Assembly (NCBI RefSeq): GCF_964194155.1
Contig: NC_135890.1
Span: forward strand, 107,074,001 to 107,138,000
Direction: 5' to 3'
DNA from: Cetorhinus maximus
Lineage: Eukaryota
DNA: 64,000 bases
In this document: piece by piece, positions 10,020-22,221 of the stretch
Layout: each line of letters opens with the position of its first letter
Numbering within the stretch: position 1 is the first letter of the stretch
Notes under the pieces: model-generated
Seen by the model: only the letters and a program-made list of their open reading frames with translations
Told to the model about the DNA's origin: nothing
Database searches by the model: none
Position numbers and translations under genes: made by a program

Positions 10020-12440
10020 GTACAAGTCAAATTTGTGGAATGTCTACGAAATGGCTTTTTGGAGCAGCTTGTGGTGGAGCCCACTAGGGGACAGGCAATT
10101 CTCGATTTAGTGATGTGTAATGAGGCAGATTTGATAAGGGAGCTTAAGGTGAAGGAACCCTAAGGAGGAAGTGACCATAATATGATAGAATTTACCCTGC
10201 AATTTGAGAGGAAAAAGCTGGAATCAGATGTAACGGTATTACAGTTGAATAAAGGCAACTGCAGAGGCATGATGGAGGAACTGGCCAGAATTGACTGGGA
10301 GATGAGCCTAGCAGGAAAGACAGTGGAACAGCAATGGCAGGAGTTTCTGGGAGTAATTTGGGAGACATAGCAAAAATTCATCCCTAGGAAGAAGAAGCAT
10401 ACTAAAGGGAGGACGAGGCAACCATGGCTGACAAGGGAACTCAGGGACAGCATAAAAGCGAAAGAGAAAGCATACAATACGGCAAAGAGCATTGGGAAAC
10501 CAGGGGATTGGGATGCCTACAAAGACCAACAGAGGACAACTAAAAAAGAAATAAGGAGGGAGAAGATTAAATATGAGGGTAAACTAGCCAGTAATATAAA
10601 AGAAGATTGCAAGAGTTTTTTTAGATATATAAAGGGTAAGAGAGAGGCAAAAGTGGCCATTCGGCCGCTGGAAAATGACGCTGGATAAGTAGTGGTGGGG
10701 AACAAAGAAATGGTGGAGGAACTGAATAGGTACTTTGCATCAGTCTTCACGGTGGAAGACACGAGTAACATCCCCAAAGTTCAAGAGGGTCGGTGGGGCA
10801 GAGGTGAGTATGGTGGCCATTACCAAGGAGAAGGTGCTAGGAAAACTGAAAGGTCTGAAGGTGGATAAATCACCTGGGCCAGATGGATTACACCCCAGAG
10901 TTCTGAAGAAGATAGCTGAAGAGATAGTGGAGGCGTTAGTGGTGATCTTTCAGGAATCACTGGAGTCAGGGAGGGTCCCAGAGGACTGGAAAATCGCTAA
11001 TGTAACCCCCCTGTTTAAGAAGGAAGTGAGGCAAAAGACAGGAAATTACAGGCCGATTAGCCTGACCTCGGTCATTGGTAAGATTTTAGAGTCCATTATT
11101 AAGGATGAGATTTCAGAATACTTGGAAGTGCATGGTAAAATATGGCAAAGTCAGCATGGTTTCATCAAGGGGAGGTCATGCCTGACAAATCTGTTAGAAT
11201 TTTTTGAGGTGGCAATGAATAGGTTAGACAAAGGAGAGCCAATGGATGTTATCTACTTGGACTTCCAGAAGGCCTTTGACAAGGTGCCACACAGGAGGCT
11301 GCTCAGTAAGATAGGAGCCCATGGTGTTAGAGGCAAGGTACTAGCATGTCAAGAAGATTGGCTGTCTGGCAGGAGGCAGAGAGTGGGGATATGGGGGTCC
11401 TTCTCGGGATGGCGGCCGGTGACTAGTGCAGTTCCTCAGGGGTCAGTGTTGGGACCACAACTTTTCACTTTATACATTAATGATCTAGATGAAGGAACTG
11501 AGGGCATCCTGGCTAAGTTTGCAGATGATACAAAGATAGGTCGAGGGACAGGTAGTATTGAGGAGGCGTGTTGGCTGCAGAAGGATTTGGACAGGTCCGG
11601 AGAATTGGCAAAGAAGTGGCAGATGGAATACAACGTGGGTAAGTGTGAGGTCATGCACTTTGGTAGGAAGAATAGAGGTATAGACTATTTTCTAAATGGG
11701 GAGAGAATTCAGAAATCTGGAGTGCAAAGGGACTTGGGAGTCTTAGTCCAGGATTCTCTTAAGGTTAACTTGCAGGTTGATTCGGTAGTTAGGAAGGCAA
11801 ATGCAATGTTTGCATTTATTTCGAGTGGACTAGAATATAAAAGCAGGGATGTGCTGCTGAGGCTTCATAAGGCTCTGGTCAGATCACATTTAGAATATTG
11901 TGAGCAATTTTGGGCCCCGTATCTCAGGAAGGATGTTCTGGCCCTGGAGAGGTTCCAGAGGAGGTTCACGAGAACAATCCCAGGAATGAAAGGCTTAACA
12001 TATGAGGAACGTTTGAGGACCCTGGGTCTATACTCAATGGAGTTTAGAAGGATGAGGGGGGATCTGATTGAAACTTACAGAATACTGAAAGGCCTGGATA
12101 GAGTGGACGTGGGGAAGATGTTTCCATTAGTAGGAGAGACTAGGACCCGAGGGCACAGCCTCAGAGTAAAGGGAGGACCTTTTGGAAAAGAGATGAGGAG
12201 AAACTTCTTTAGCCAGAGAGTGGTGAATCTATGGAATTTGTTGCCACAGAAGGCTGTGGAGGCCAGGTCATTGAGTGTATTTAAAACCGAGATAGATAGG
12301 TTCTTGATTTGTAAGGGGATCAAAGGTTATGGAGAGTAGGTGGGAGAATGGGGTTGAGAAACTTATCAGCCATGATTGAATGGCGGAGCAGACTCGATGG
12401 GCCAAATGGCCTAATTTCTGCTCCTATGTCTCATGGTCTC
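10020..12440 (+). mobile_element. 5'-truncated CR1-clade LINE with a 534-aa RT-containing ORF (10735-12339)
   Basis: YRPISLTS, YLDFQKAFDKVPH, VPQGSVLGP and FADDTK motifs. Stops and frameshifts upstream. Confidence 0.93.
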
Positions 12441-13019
12441 ATGCTGTTAGGTAGAACAAAACCCCTTTCCCTTTCCAATCACAAGGCCAAGGGGTTAATG
12501 TCACTTCGATGTCATGGTGGATACTCAGAAACTGTAAGACTGCTTTAGTGGACAGATCCATCCTCATCTTTGCTACGTTTATGATATCTGAAATCCCTCT
12601 GTGACTATTCTCACATGATCCTTTTTGCTGCTACTGTGGACTCGAGCTTCTATGCCTCCCATATTCCTTTGCTGCCCCAGGTAAGAAGGACAAGGTTTGT
12701 GACATGTAAACCATCTCCACCAATCAATACATTTTGATTGTCTTATTCTAAAAGAAAACTTAATATTTTGTCAAATCCCACGTGTGCACACCCCGGTTGA
12801 ATTACAATTCATCCTCAGACCCTTCCTCTAGTATCGACATGGTGCATCCTGTGTAATTTCAGCCGAGGTAGAGACAGGCTGTTCAGATCAGTGTTGGAAA
12901 TTTTTGTCAAGCTTTGCATTAGCACTGATCCTCCAGCTGTACACCACTCCACTACTCGTGTTCTGATGGGGGTTCTAACCTGTATCTTAACCTCTCCTCC
13001 TCCACCAATGGAAACAGCA

Positions 13020-13136
13020 GCACAGCCATATCACAGCCATATCACAGCCGTAATACAGCCATGCCACAGCCATATCACGGCAATATCGGAGCCATATCAC
13101 AGCCATACCACTGTCATATCACAGCCATATCACAGT
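13020..13136 (+). repeat. 11-bp minisatellite (CACAGCCATAT)n, resuming at ~14767-14805 after a LINE insertion (also in units 2 and 3)
   Basis: About 10 degenerate copies before the LINE and about 3 after it. Confidence 0.8.
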
Positions 13137-14765
13137 GATACCTCCTCCGGATGTTCCCAGCATCACCGATACCAGTCTTCAGCCAATTGAATTCACTCCA
13201 CGTGATGTCAAGAAATGGCTGAAGGTACTGGACACTGCAAAGAGTATGGGCTCTGATAATATCCTGACAATAGTAATGAAAACTTATGCTCTAGGACTTG
13301 CTGTGCCCCTAGCCAAGCTGTTCCAGTACAGCTACAACAGTGGCATCCACCCAGCAATGTTGAAAATTGCCCAGGTATGTCCTGTAAACAAAATACAGGT
13401 CAAAACCCACTGGGCATAAGACCGCCCCATCAGTCTACACTTGATCATCAGTAAAATGATGGAATGGGTCATTAACAGTACTATCATGTGGCACTTGATT
13501 AGCAATAACCTGCTCACTGACACCCAGTTTGGGTTTGGCCAGAGTCAGTCAGCTCCTGACATCATTACAGCCTTGGGTCAAACATGGACAAAAGAATTGA
13601 AGAGAAGAAATGAGGTGAGACTCACTGCCCTTGACATCAGGGAAGCATTTGATTGAGTGTGGCATCAAATAGCCTTAGCAGGACTGGAGTCAATGGGAAT
13701 CAGGGGGAAAGCCCTCTGCTGGTTAGAATCATACCTAGCACAAAGGAAGATGGTTGTGGTTATTGGAGGTCAATCATCTCAATTCCAGTACATCACTGCA
13801 GGAGTTTCTCAGGGTAGTTCCTCGGCCTAACCATCTTCAGCTGTGTTATCAATGACCTTCCTTCCATCATAAGGTCAGAAGTGGGAATGTTCGCTGATGA
13901 TTTCACAATGTTCAGCACCACCCGTGATTCCTCAGATACAGAAGCAGTCCATGTCCAAATGCAGTAAGACCTGGACAATATTCAGGGTTGGATTGATAGG
14001 GGCAATTAACATTCACACCACACAAATGCCAGGCAATGACCATCTCTAACAAGAGAAAAACTAACCATCGCCCCTTGATATTCAATGGCATTACCATCGC
14101 TGAATCCCCAACTATCAATATCCTGGGGGTTACCATTGACCAGAAACTGAACTGGATTAGCCATATCAATACTGTGGCTCTTATAGCTGGGAATTTTGTG
14201 GAGAGTAATTCGCTTCCTGACTCCGCAAAGCCTGTCCACCATCTACAAGGCACAAACCGGGAGTGTGATGGAATACTAATCACATGCCTGGATGAGTGCA
14301 GCTCCAACAACACTCAAGAAGCTTTACGCCATCCAGGACAAAGCAGCCAGCTTGATTGGCACCCCACCCACAAATATTCACTCCCTCCACCACTGACGCA
14401 CAGTGGCAGCAGTGCGTACCACCTAGAAGATGCAATGCAAGAACTCACCAAGCCTCCTTACACAGTACCTTCCAAACTCACGACCAATACCATCTAGCAG
14501 CAGACACAGGGGAACAGCAGCACCTAGAAGTTCCCCTCCAAGCCACTCACTATCCGGACTTGGACATATATCGCTGTTCCTTCACTATTGGTGGGTCAAA
14601 ATCCTGGAACTCCTTCCCTAATAGCGCTGTGGGTGTAACTACACCACATGGATTTCAGCGGTTCAAGAAGGCAGCTCACCACCACCTTCTCTAGGACAAT
14701 TAGGGATGGGCAATAAATGCTGGACTATCCAGCGACACCCACATCCCATCAATGATAAAAAGAAA
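13136..14765 (+). mobile_element. Decayed non-LTR retrotransposon of a second CR1/L2-like family, RT to 3' end (also ~34707-36346, ~56089-57730)
   Basis: RPISL, ALDIREAFD, GVSQGS and FADD motifs with stops and frameshifts. 3' end A-rich. Confidence 0.85.
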
Positions 14766-15169
14766 ACCACAGCCATATCACAGCCATACCACAGCCGTAT
14801 CACAGGCAGACCACATTGCCAGCACCGACAGCCATGAAGGCAAATTGGAGTTATAGTTCTTTAAAAGACTCTGTTGAGCTCCTCACTGTGACATAATCTT
14901 TAGCTCCTCTTGTTTACAACTACGATCACCATCAGGTCCACACGGGATATGTTTGGTCCACAAGATGGGAGTCTCCTTCGCTTGGTCTGTTCCCCGTCTA
15001 GGAATGGTGGGTTCTGATACACACTTTGTCTCAGGGACTACCCTTTTTGCTGACTCTGCTGGGACATCAACCCCCTAAGGAATATATAGTTTCCTGGATG
15101 GAATTTACCTTGCCATTTGGACCGACACAACTGGATATAATTATCAGGTGGGCTCATCAGCATTATTCT

Positions 15170-15406
15170 CACTAAGATAAAAGCAAAATACTGTGTATGC
15201 TGCAACCTGAAACAAAACCAAAAACTGCTGGAGAAACTCAGCAGGCCTGACAGCATCTGTGGAGAGAAAAAGCCAACATTTCGAGTCCAGATGAGTCTTC
15301 ATCTTCAGTTCTGAAGAAGAGTCATCTGGATTCGAAACGTTGGCCCTTTCTCTCCACAGATGCTGTCAGATCTGCTGAGTTTTTCCAGCAGTTTTTGTTT
15401 TTGTAT
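15170..15406. mobile_element. Palindromic (~95-bp arms) Penelope-like/MITE-like insertion with 9-bp TSD CATTATTCT (also 36751-36987, 58135-58371)
   Basis: Arms are reverse complements around CTTCAG/TTCTGAAG. TSD at 15161-15169 and 15407-15415. Confidence 0.75.
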
Positions 15407-16064
15407 CATTATTCTAACGTTGTCTCCTGGGTTGTTTACTCACACATTTTTCTATTCACAACTCTCCCCAATTTGTCTCAAAGTGACAAATGAGAAATGT
15501 CTAAGGGCAGAGTAGTTTCAGACTCTGACATAAGTATTTTCCATTGAAACTCTCTGATTAAACATATTGCATTTCCTTCCTTCATTCATCATACTTATTG
15601 CCTTCGTTCCAACTGTTTGGGTAGCCACCTTTAATCGCTCCATGGTTTTTCCACACGTGTACCCTCCCTGACTCCCCAGGAATCACTTGGCGTTTGTTAA
15701 ATGCGATATCGTGGTCACTAAAGTTGAACCAATCAAAGAAATAGCTTTTCTAACCTGGATTGCCAAAATACACAGGTTGACCTCTTCCAGAATATGGATG
15801 GCTATTAACAGGTGGCTGATCTTTAATGTTTGGGCCCATATCTTCGACTGACCGTCAATCCAGATTTTTCTGAAAAATAAAACAAAATACACCAACCTCT
15901 GTGGGCGAAACTTTTCTTTTGGACACAGGTGAGTAGTTAAGGGTTAACAAAATTGCCTTTCTCTTCTGTGGCCTCTATTAACCCTATCAATTCTGCATAG
16001 GAGTGAATCAGCTGAACCCTCTCCCTTTGAGCGCTGCCTTTGTAACGCATACCTCTGCTGGCAT

Positions 16065-16945
16065 TTAGCCTTCCTGGGCAGGGCTGGCTCCCAGATTCAA
16101 CTCCTCCTTCCGCATCCCCTCGGAGGTGGTTCTTCTGGATCTCATTATTGGGTCTGTGGGCCTGATGCTGGCTGCTTATCCTTTTGAAAATGTTCCCCCT
16201 TAAATAGCTTCACCTGATTAATATGAAACCACGTATCCCACTTCGTAAGTTGGACAGCATACACCATTGGGCTGGCTTTATCCACAATGCTGTATGGCCC
16301 CTTGTATACAGATTCAAACAGACCAACTCTCGCATAATTTCATGCCTTAACCTGCTGACCTATATCCCACTCTTGTGGTTTGGATTTTTCTAGGAGCACT
16401 TTATTAACACAATGCGGCCTCCCTATGTTCCCTGCAGCCTCATCGTGGAGGCCTTGCAAGGCCTGCTGGAGGTTTGGCACAAACCTTTCCTCAGTAACTT
16501 CTCTGAACTGACTCTCAGTTAAAGTGGGCACCCACAGGTGTTCTACAGGGGGTTCTGATGGGTCTTCCTGTAAGCAGCTCATGTGCAGAGTGTCCGGTTA
16601 CCTTGGTTTGACCTGCCCTGATACTCATAAGCACTGGCAGTAGATTTTCATCCCATTTCTCTCCTTGGGCCATTAACTCTTTCCTCAGTGCTGCTTTAAT
16701 AGTGCGATTCATGCGCTCCACTATCCTGGATGATTGTGGACTGTAAGTCACATGCGTCTTCCCCTCAATTCCTACCAGAACATTGTGGGCCTTCATCCAA
16801 CCTGATCCGAATATTCCGACACGGTTCCCATCGAGCCATCCCCTCCCCTAGGGCGTAAGGTGGCCCACTTGACCAAGGGCTGTTAAACTGAGACTCAGAA
16901 TAAATAAATGTGTGAAATGCTCCCGTGTCCACTAAATATTTTCTG
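16065..16945 (-). mobile_element. LTR retroelement (Gypsy/ERV-like) pol relic: protease motif joined to integrase core and GPY/F domain
   Basis: YLVDTGA; YSPQSSRIVERMNRTIKAALRK...WDENLLPVLMSIR...TGHSAHELLTGRP; YKGPYSIVDK...WFHINQVK. Truncated in units 2 and 3 (~37646-38045, ~59030-59429). Confidence 0.85.
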
Positions 16946-16948
16946 CCC

Positions 16949-17897
16949 TGATAGCTCAGTAAAGAATCAATGCAGACACGATTAGCCAATAGTTCTGTGT
17001 TGTAAACCTTTCTCGTTCTCACGAAAACCTGAGTATTTGATATTTTTACCCAAAGCTGTGATGCTGTGAGAACCATTTAGATTGTCCAGTCTGAGCATGT
17101 GCAGACTGAATGTTTTGGTATAATTTGTTCATCGGCTCGCCGGCTGCCTCCATTCCTGATCCCATCAGGGCCTAAAAATCCTGCCCGGATTCTCCGACAC
17201 ATCATGCGAAAGGCCACAGAAGATCAACTGGTTCAATATAATTAATATAATTAAACTGTGGAAATTATGGGCCGGTGATCTGGGCTGGTGTGATTCTTCA
17301 ATATTGTCCATAGGTGTCTCATTCATAGCTGATTGTCCCATCACCACTTGTTAGGGTAAATGATCATAACCTGGCTTTAAATATGGATCCCTGATGTAAT
17401 GCAGGGAAAGCCACAGACAATTCAGACAGATAGAAACACACATTCCAATTTAAAATAAACAGTTTTACTTTCAAATCACATCGAATATTTTGGCAGAAAC
17501 AACGTGCAGGCCTGATATCCTTTGATCTTGTAAAACACTAAGCACCCAGATTAAAGCATTCCAATGTTAAACACTTACAATTCTCCAAGAACACTTTAAG
17601 GCTAAAAGGAATTACCTGTAAAAGTTATTTTAAAATGAAGAAGGCAGGCAATCATTGTTGATCTTTATATGGGGAATATTTGGCATGTCCCCTCCTATAC
17701 AGTGAAACATTTTTGGAATTGCCCCATCAGCCATCTTATGGTCCCTGTGAGTCAGGAGGTGAATTAGTACCGAATGAGAGATGAGCTTGGAGCTGTGTAC
17801 TCATTAGGATCTCAACCAATATTAGTTTCACTCTTCAGAAGAATCTTTAAGGTTAACAGTACATGCTTTTGACCAATGATCAACCAGGGTTGATGTA
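16949..17897 (-). pseudogene. Orphan duplicate of the B 3'UTR and downstream flank with no CDS (also ~38040-38723, ~59424-60107)
   Basis: Aligns to ~6492-7443. The minus-strand AATAAA is lost. Confidence 0.7.
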
Positions 17898-18619
17898 AAA
17901 TGGTTCTGTACATCCTGGCACCGGCAACAAGAGAATCCCAGTGACCCAGTGCACTGGGACTTTTGAAGATGATGATAATTTCCTGCTTCTGCCCCTTCTC
18001 ATCACCCCCATCCTACTATCTGGCATGAAATGCAAACTGCAGATGGTGTAACCATGGACCTCTTGCTTCCCACCCTTGCCCCTTCTTCGCCTAACCTTCC
18101 ACTTCTGATTTTGTGATTTCTGATACCCTAGAACTGCCCACTTACACAGGCACAGCAGCCCAAGGAGCAAGAGAGAGAGCAGCAGCCACAGCACTGATGA
18201 AGAGGTCCTATCCACTTAACCTGGTGCTCAGATACTGCCGCTGTGCACAACTTTTAGAGGCCACTACAGATTTAGATCAGCATGTGGTGAGTCACCAGGC
18301 ATGAGTGGCCTGCAAACAGGCCAGGGGCAAAGGATGGTTTGTTTGTCAGCTAACTGGAGGGTGAGGTCACAGACAAATGTTACTGCAGTGGACTTGGTGA
18401 GGATCTCGATGGGACAGCATACAGGAGAATACTAAGGGGCATGCACACTGAGGTACTGGGTACATTGGGTGGCCTGGAGCAGGAGCACAGCCTCCCTATC
18501 ACTGTCAGGGAACATGGAGGGGTCTGACACCAAGTTGGCAGAGTTTACGGTTCAAAGCTTGCCCTCTCCGCAGCCACTACTCCATCTCTATCTCACGTTG
18601 CAGACCCAGGGGCACTGGC

Positions 18620-20440
18620 ACAGAATCACAGAATTATTACAGTGCAGAAGGAGGCCATTTGGCCCATCATGTCTGCACCGGCTCTCTGAGCATTTTAACT
18701 TAGTGCCAATCTCCTGCCTTTTCCCTGTAACCCTGCACATTGTTTCTATTTAAATAATCATCCAATGCCCTCTTGAATGCCTTAATTGAACCTGCCTCCA
18801 CCACTCTTCCAGGCAGTGCATTCGCTGTGTGAAGAAGTTTATTCTCACCTCACATTTGCTTCTTTTGCAAAACACTTTAAATCTGTGCCCTCTGGTTCTC
18901 GATCCGTTAAGGAGAGGGAACAGTCTCTCCCCATCTACTCTGTCCAGTCCCCTCATGATTTTGAAAACTTCTATCAAATCTCCTCTCAGCCTTCTCGTCT
19001 CCAAGGAAAACAGTCCCAACTTCTCCATTCTTTCCTCATAACTGAAGTGTCTCATCCCTGGAACCATTGCCGGTGCCTTATCAATTTTAAGTACCGACAG
19101 CTTATCCAATACCTCCTCCTTATCAATTTTTAACTCTAGTGACTGAGTTTCCTCCTCTGTCACCATGGCCTGGGCAGCATCTGCCTCGTAGGTAAAGACA
19201 GATGCAAAGTATTCATTTAGCACCTCAGCCATGCCTCTTGCCTCTATGTGTAAATGCCCTTTTTGATCCCTAATTGGCCCTACTCCTCCTTTTACCACCC
19301 TTTTACTATTGGTGTGCTTATAGAATACTTTGGCATTTCCTTTTAGTTAGCTGCCAGTCTTTGTTCATTATCCCTCACTGCTTCTCATATTTGCTTTTAC
19401 ACATCCCTTCTGAACCTTCTGTACTCAGCTTGGTTCTCAGTTGTATTTGCTGCCTGATACCTGTTGAAAGCACACTTTTTCTTCTTTAACCTAATTTCTA
19501 TTTCCTTTGTCATCCAGGGAGCACGGGATTTGTTTGTCCTACCCTTCCCTTTTGAGGGAACATGCCTTGACTGTGCCCAAACCTTCTCCTTTTTGAAGGT
19601 AGCCCATTGTTCAGCTCCTGTTTTTCCCACCAACCTTTGGTTCCAGTCCATCTGGTCCAGCTCTGTTCTTGCCCCAATGAAGTCCGTTCTCTGTCAGTTG
19701 ATTATTCTTATTCAGGTTTGACCAATGTCATTTTCCACCATCATCCGAAACCTTATGATACAATGATCACTGTTCCTTAAATGTTCCCCCACTGTCACTT
19801 GATCTACTTGGCCCACCTCATTGCCAAGAACGAGGTCTAGCAGTGTCTCGTTTCTTGTTGGACTAGACACTTCGTGCTGCAGGAAATTGTCCTGAACACA
19901 ATCTAGGAACGTTTGTCCCTCACTGCCCCTTACACTACCACTATCCCTGTCTATATACGGGTAATTAAAGTCCCCCATTTAATCTACACTACGATGTTTT
20001 CACCTCTCTGTAATTTCCTTGCAGATTTGTTCCTCAATATCCTTCCCATTAGCTGGTGGTCTGTATATTACTCCGAGCAATGTAATTGCACCTTTCTTAT
20101 TCCTTAGCTCTAGACAAAATGAGTCTGTCCTTGATTCCTCTGATACAACCTCTTTCTGCAGTACTGCAATACTCTCATTCACCAAAAATCCTCCTCCTTT
20201 GTTCTCTTTCCTATCTTTTCTGAACACCTTCTAATCAGGAATATTTAACACCCAGATCTGCCATTCCTTAAGCCAGGTCTCCATTATCGCCACAACATCG
20301 TAATCCCATATGACAATCTGTGCCTGTACCTCCCCAATTTTATTAACTATACGCCGTGCATTCACAAACGTGCAGTGTAACCCTGATTTTGTTTTCATTA
20401 CTTGCTCCCTTACTCTGACTCCATCTATTAACTTAGTATT
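18620..20440 (-). mobile_element. CR1-like LINE with endonuclease region and 3' end but internal RT deletion (also ~39447-41270, ~60830-62655)
   Basis: APE motifs NARRIVNK..ETWL, GVIYRPP, MGDFNYP, SDH. IDKAP is joined directly to MVPGMRHFSYEER. Confidence 0.85.
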
Positions 20441-21253
20441 CTCTTTGTCTTTTCTTAATTCTATCAACATGGAGAAAGGGTAATCTTTTCATTTGTAAAT
20501 TTAAACAGTATTTGCTATAACTGACACTGCTGTCCCCATACCTGTTGCAGCCTTTGTGTGGACAGGGCACCAAATCCTCCGTCTTCCCTGTCAGAATACA
20601 ACAATACTCTGGAAAATCCAAGAATCCCAGAAACAATCCAGAGTACCTCCAGACACTTTACAAATGCAAAAGTTCCTCATGTTAGCTTTCCTGCAACTTG
20701 GGTGCTTGGCCCTTCAAAGAATGCGAGTGCTAGACCCATCTTGTACCTCTGCAACTGATGTTTGCAGGCTGCTGTATGAATATGTTGTCTGGGCCTGAGT
20801 GAACCAAATTCGATATAGCTGGTGTCACATCAGTAGTTGGACTGGGTGACAACAGGACAGCGTCGATTCACAGCTCACATGTAGGGGAAACCCTGGGTGT
20901 GCTCTTTTACGAATGGAACTCCGTACAGGAAGCAGCCGCAGCCAAATGGTATATGGCATGACTAAAATGAATTCTATGCTATTTGTGTTTGATGTGTCTT
21001 GATTAGGCTCCTTGACATTGTCAGCAGCTGCCTCAATGCACTGAGGCTAATCTGAATCTGGTCCCTAATGAGTCCTCAGTGTATCAATCAGAGTTATTTC
21101 CTTAAAACTCTTGGTTTGGTTAAATCAAATGAAAATGGTTTCAGATGTTGATCGTGACGTAACATACATAGATTCATGGACAATTCACATTTACAAATTT
21201 TCACAAGGCAGAAACAACACAACAGCATTTAGATTTGTATCCAAAGAAACAAC

Positions 21254-21259
21254 TTTATT
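21254..21259 (-). terminator. Poly(A) signal of A2 (equivalents ~42079 for A3 and ~63467 for the next A copy)
   Basis: Minus-strand AATAAA followed ~30 nt later by TGCTGTTGTGTTGTTTCTG. Confidence 0.65.
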
Positions 21260-21753
21260 TTCAAGTAACGTTGCACATTTCAATAAAATGAACAGCCCGA
21301 GCACATAAATTCTGTTATTACAAAAGACTAAGCACAATGACTAAAGCACTTATATGTTGGACATAGACATCTACTCACATAAAGTAAGGCTAAAGGAATG
21401 CTTGCAGAACATTTAGCTTTATTGTTCATTATATACACTTATTTTGGGCAAATTTCAGTGCATCACAAAAAGCGTCCCATTTCTCCATTTCTCATACCAA
21501 CCACCTTGTGCCACACCCGAGTGGCAATAGAACCGAAAAGAATAATCCTCATGCTATGAGCGCACGTGCATTAGGTTAACACTGACACTCACACAACCTA
21601 TTTCATAGAGGATATCCACAGACAGCAGGCTTGAGGGAGGTTGGGCCTAATCTGAATTTAGGTCCCAAAGTAAAATGTTTAGTAATCTCTGGCCTCATGG
21701 ATTTTTATCGTAGTTTTTGTGTGATATCTAAAACTCATTCCATATTGGTGCTG

Positions 21754-22221
21754 TTAACCACCTCGTAGTCGTAGCATGAGGAAGATGGTGCTCTCAGACT
21801 GAATATTGTAGTCGGCGAGTGTCAGACCATCCTCCAGCTGTTTCCCCTCGTACACCAGACGCTGCTGATTGGCTGGGACACCGTCCTGCCGTTGTACCCG
21901 TGCTCTAAAATCCCGAACAGACTCAGAGGGAAGAACGTCATATGTAGATATTTTCCCCTTGTCATTCTTCAGGAATATCTGCATGCGCTCCTCGTTCTTG
22001 ACAATCAGCATGACCTCATGACTGGGAGAGACATTGTAGTCAGACAGCCTCCTGCTGTCCTGCAGCTCTTCAGTGTTTCCATTTTGCACCACCAGGCGCT
22101 GTCGGAAATGGGACACCTTGGTTCTTTCATATATCATCTTCTTGAGAGCTGACACTTGGATGGAAGGGTCGATATCCAGTTCAATAACCTCACCGGTCAT
22201 AAACTTCACCCGGAGTCTCAT
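21754..22221 (-). CDS. ISG15: ISG15-like paralog A copy 2
   Basis: Intact 155-aa ORF ending LRLRGG. Inferred intron 22234-23797. Confidence 0.88.
   Translation of the reverse strand: MRLRVKFMTGEVIELDIDPSIQVSALKKMIYERTKVSHFRQRLVVQNGNTEELQDSRRLSDYNVSPSHEVMLIVKNEERMQIFLKNDKGKISTYDVLPSESVRDFRARVQRQDGVPANQQRLVYEGKQLEDGLTLADYNIQSESTIFLMLRLRGG

Larger units (their letters stand above)
1..21726. repeat. Tandem segmental duplication unit 1 (ISG15-like A + B cassette)
   Basis: The anchor TCTAA(C/A)ACTCATTCCATATTGGTGCTG recurs at 1, 21727 and 42794, and all ORFs and repeats recur in the same order. Confidence 0.97.

Noticed and set aside
10735-12339. RT as a retron, DGR or domesticated host gene
   Set aside because: Typical CR1 ORF2 with LINE 3' tail, 5' truncation, and inactivating lesions in the other copies.
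13020-13136. CRISPR-like array
   Set aside because: Contiguous 11-bp repeats with no spacers or cas genes, in eukaryotic context.
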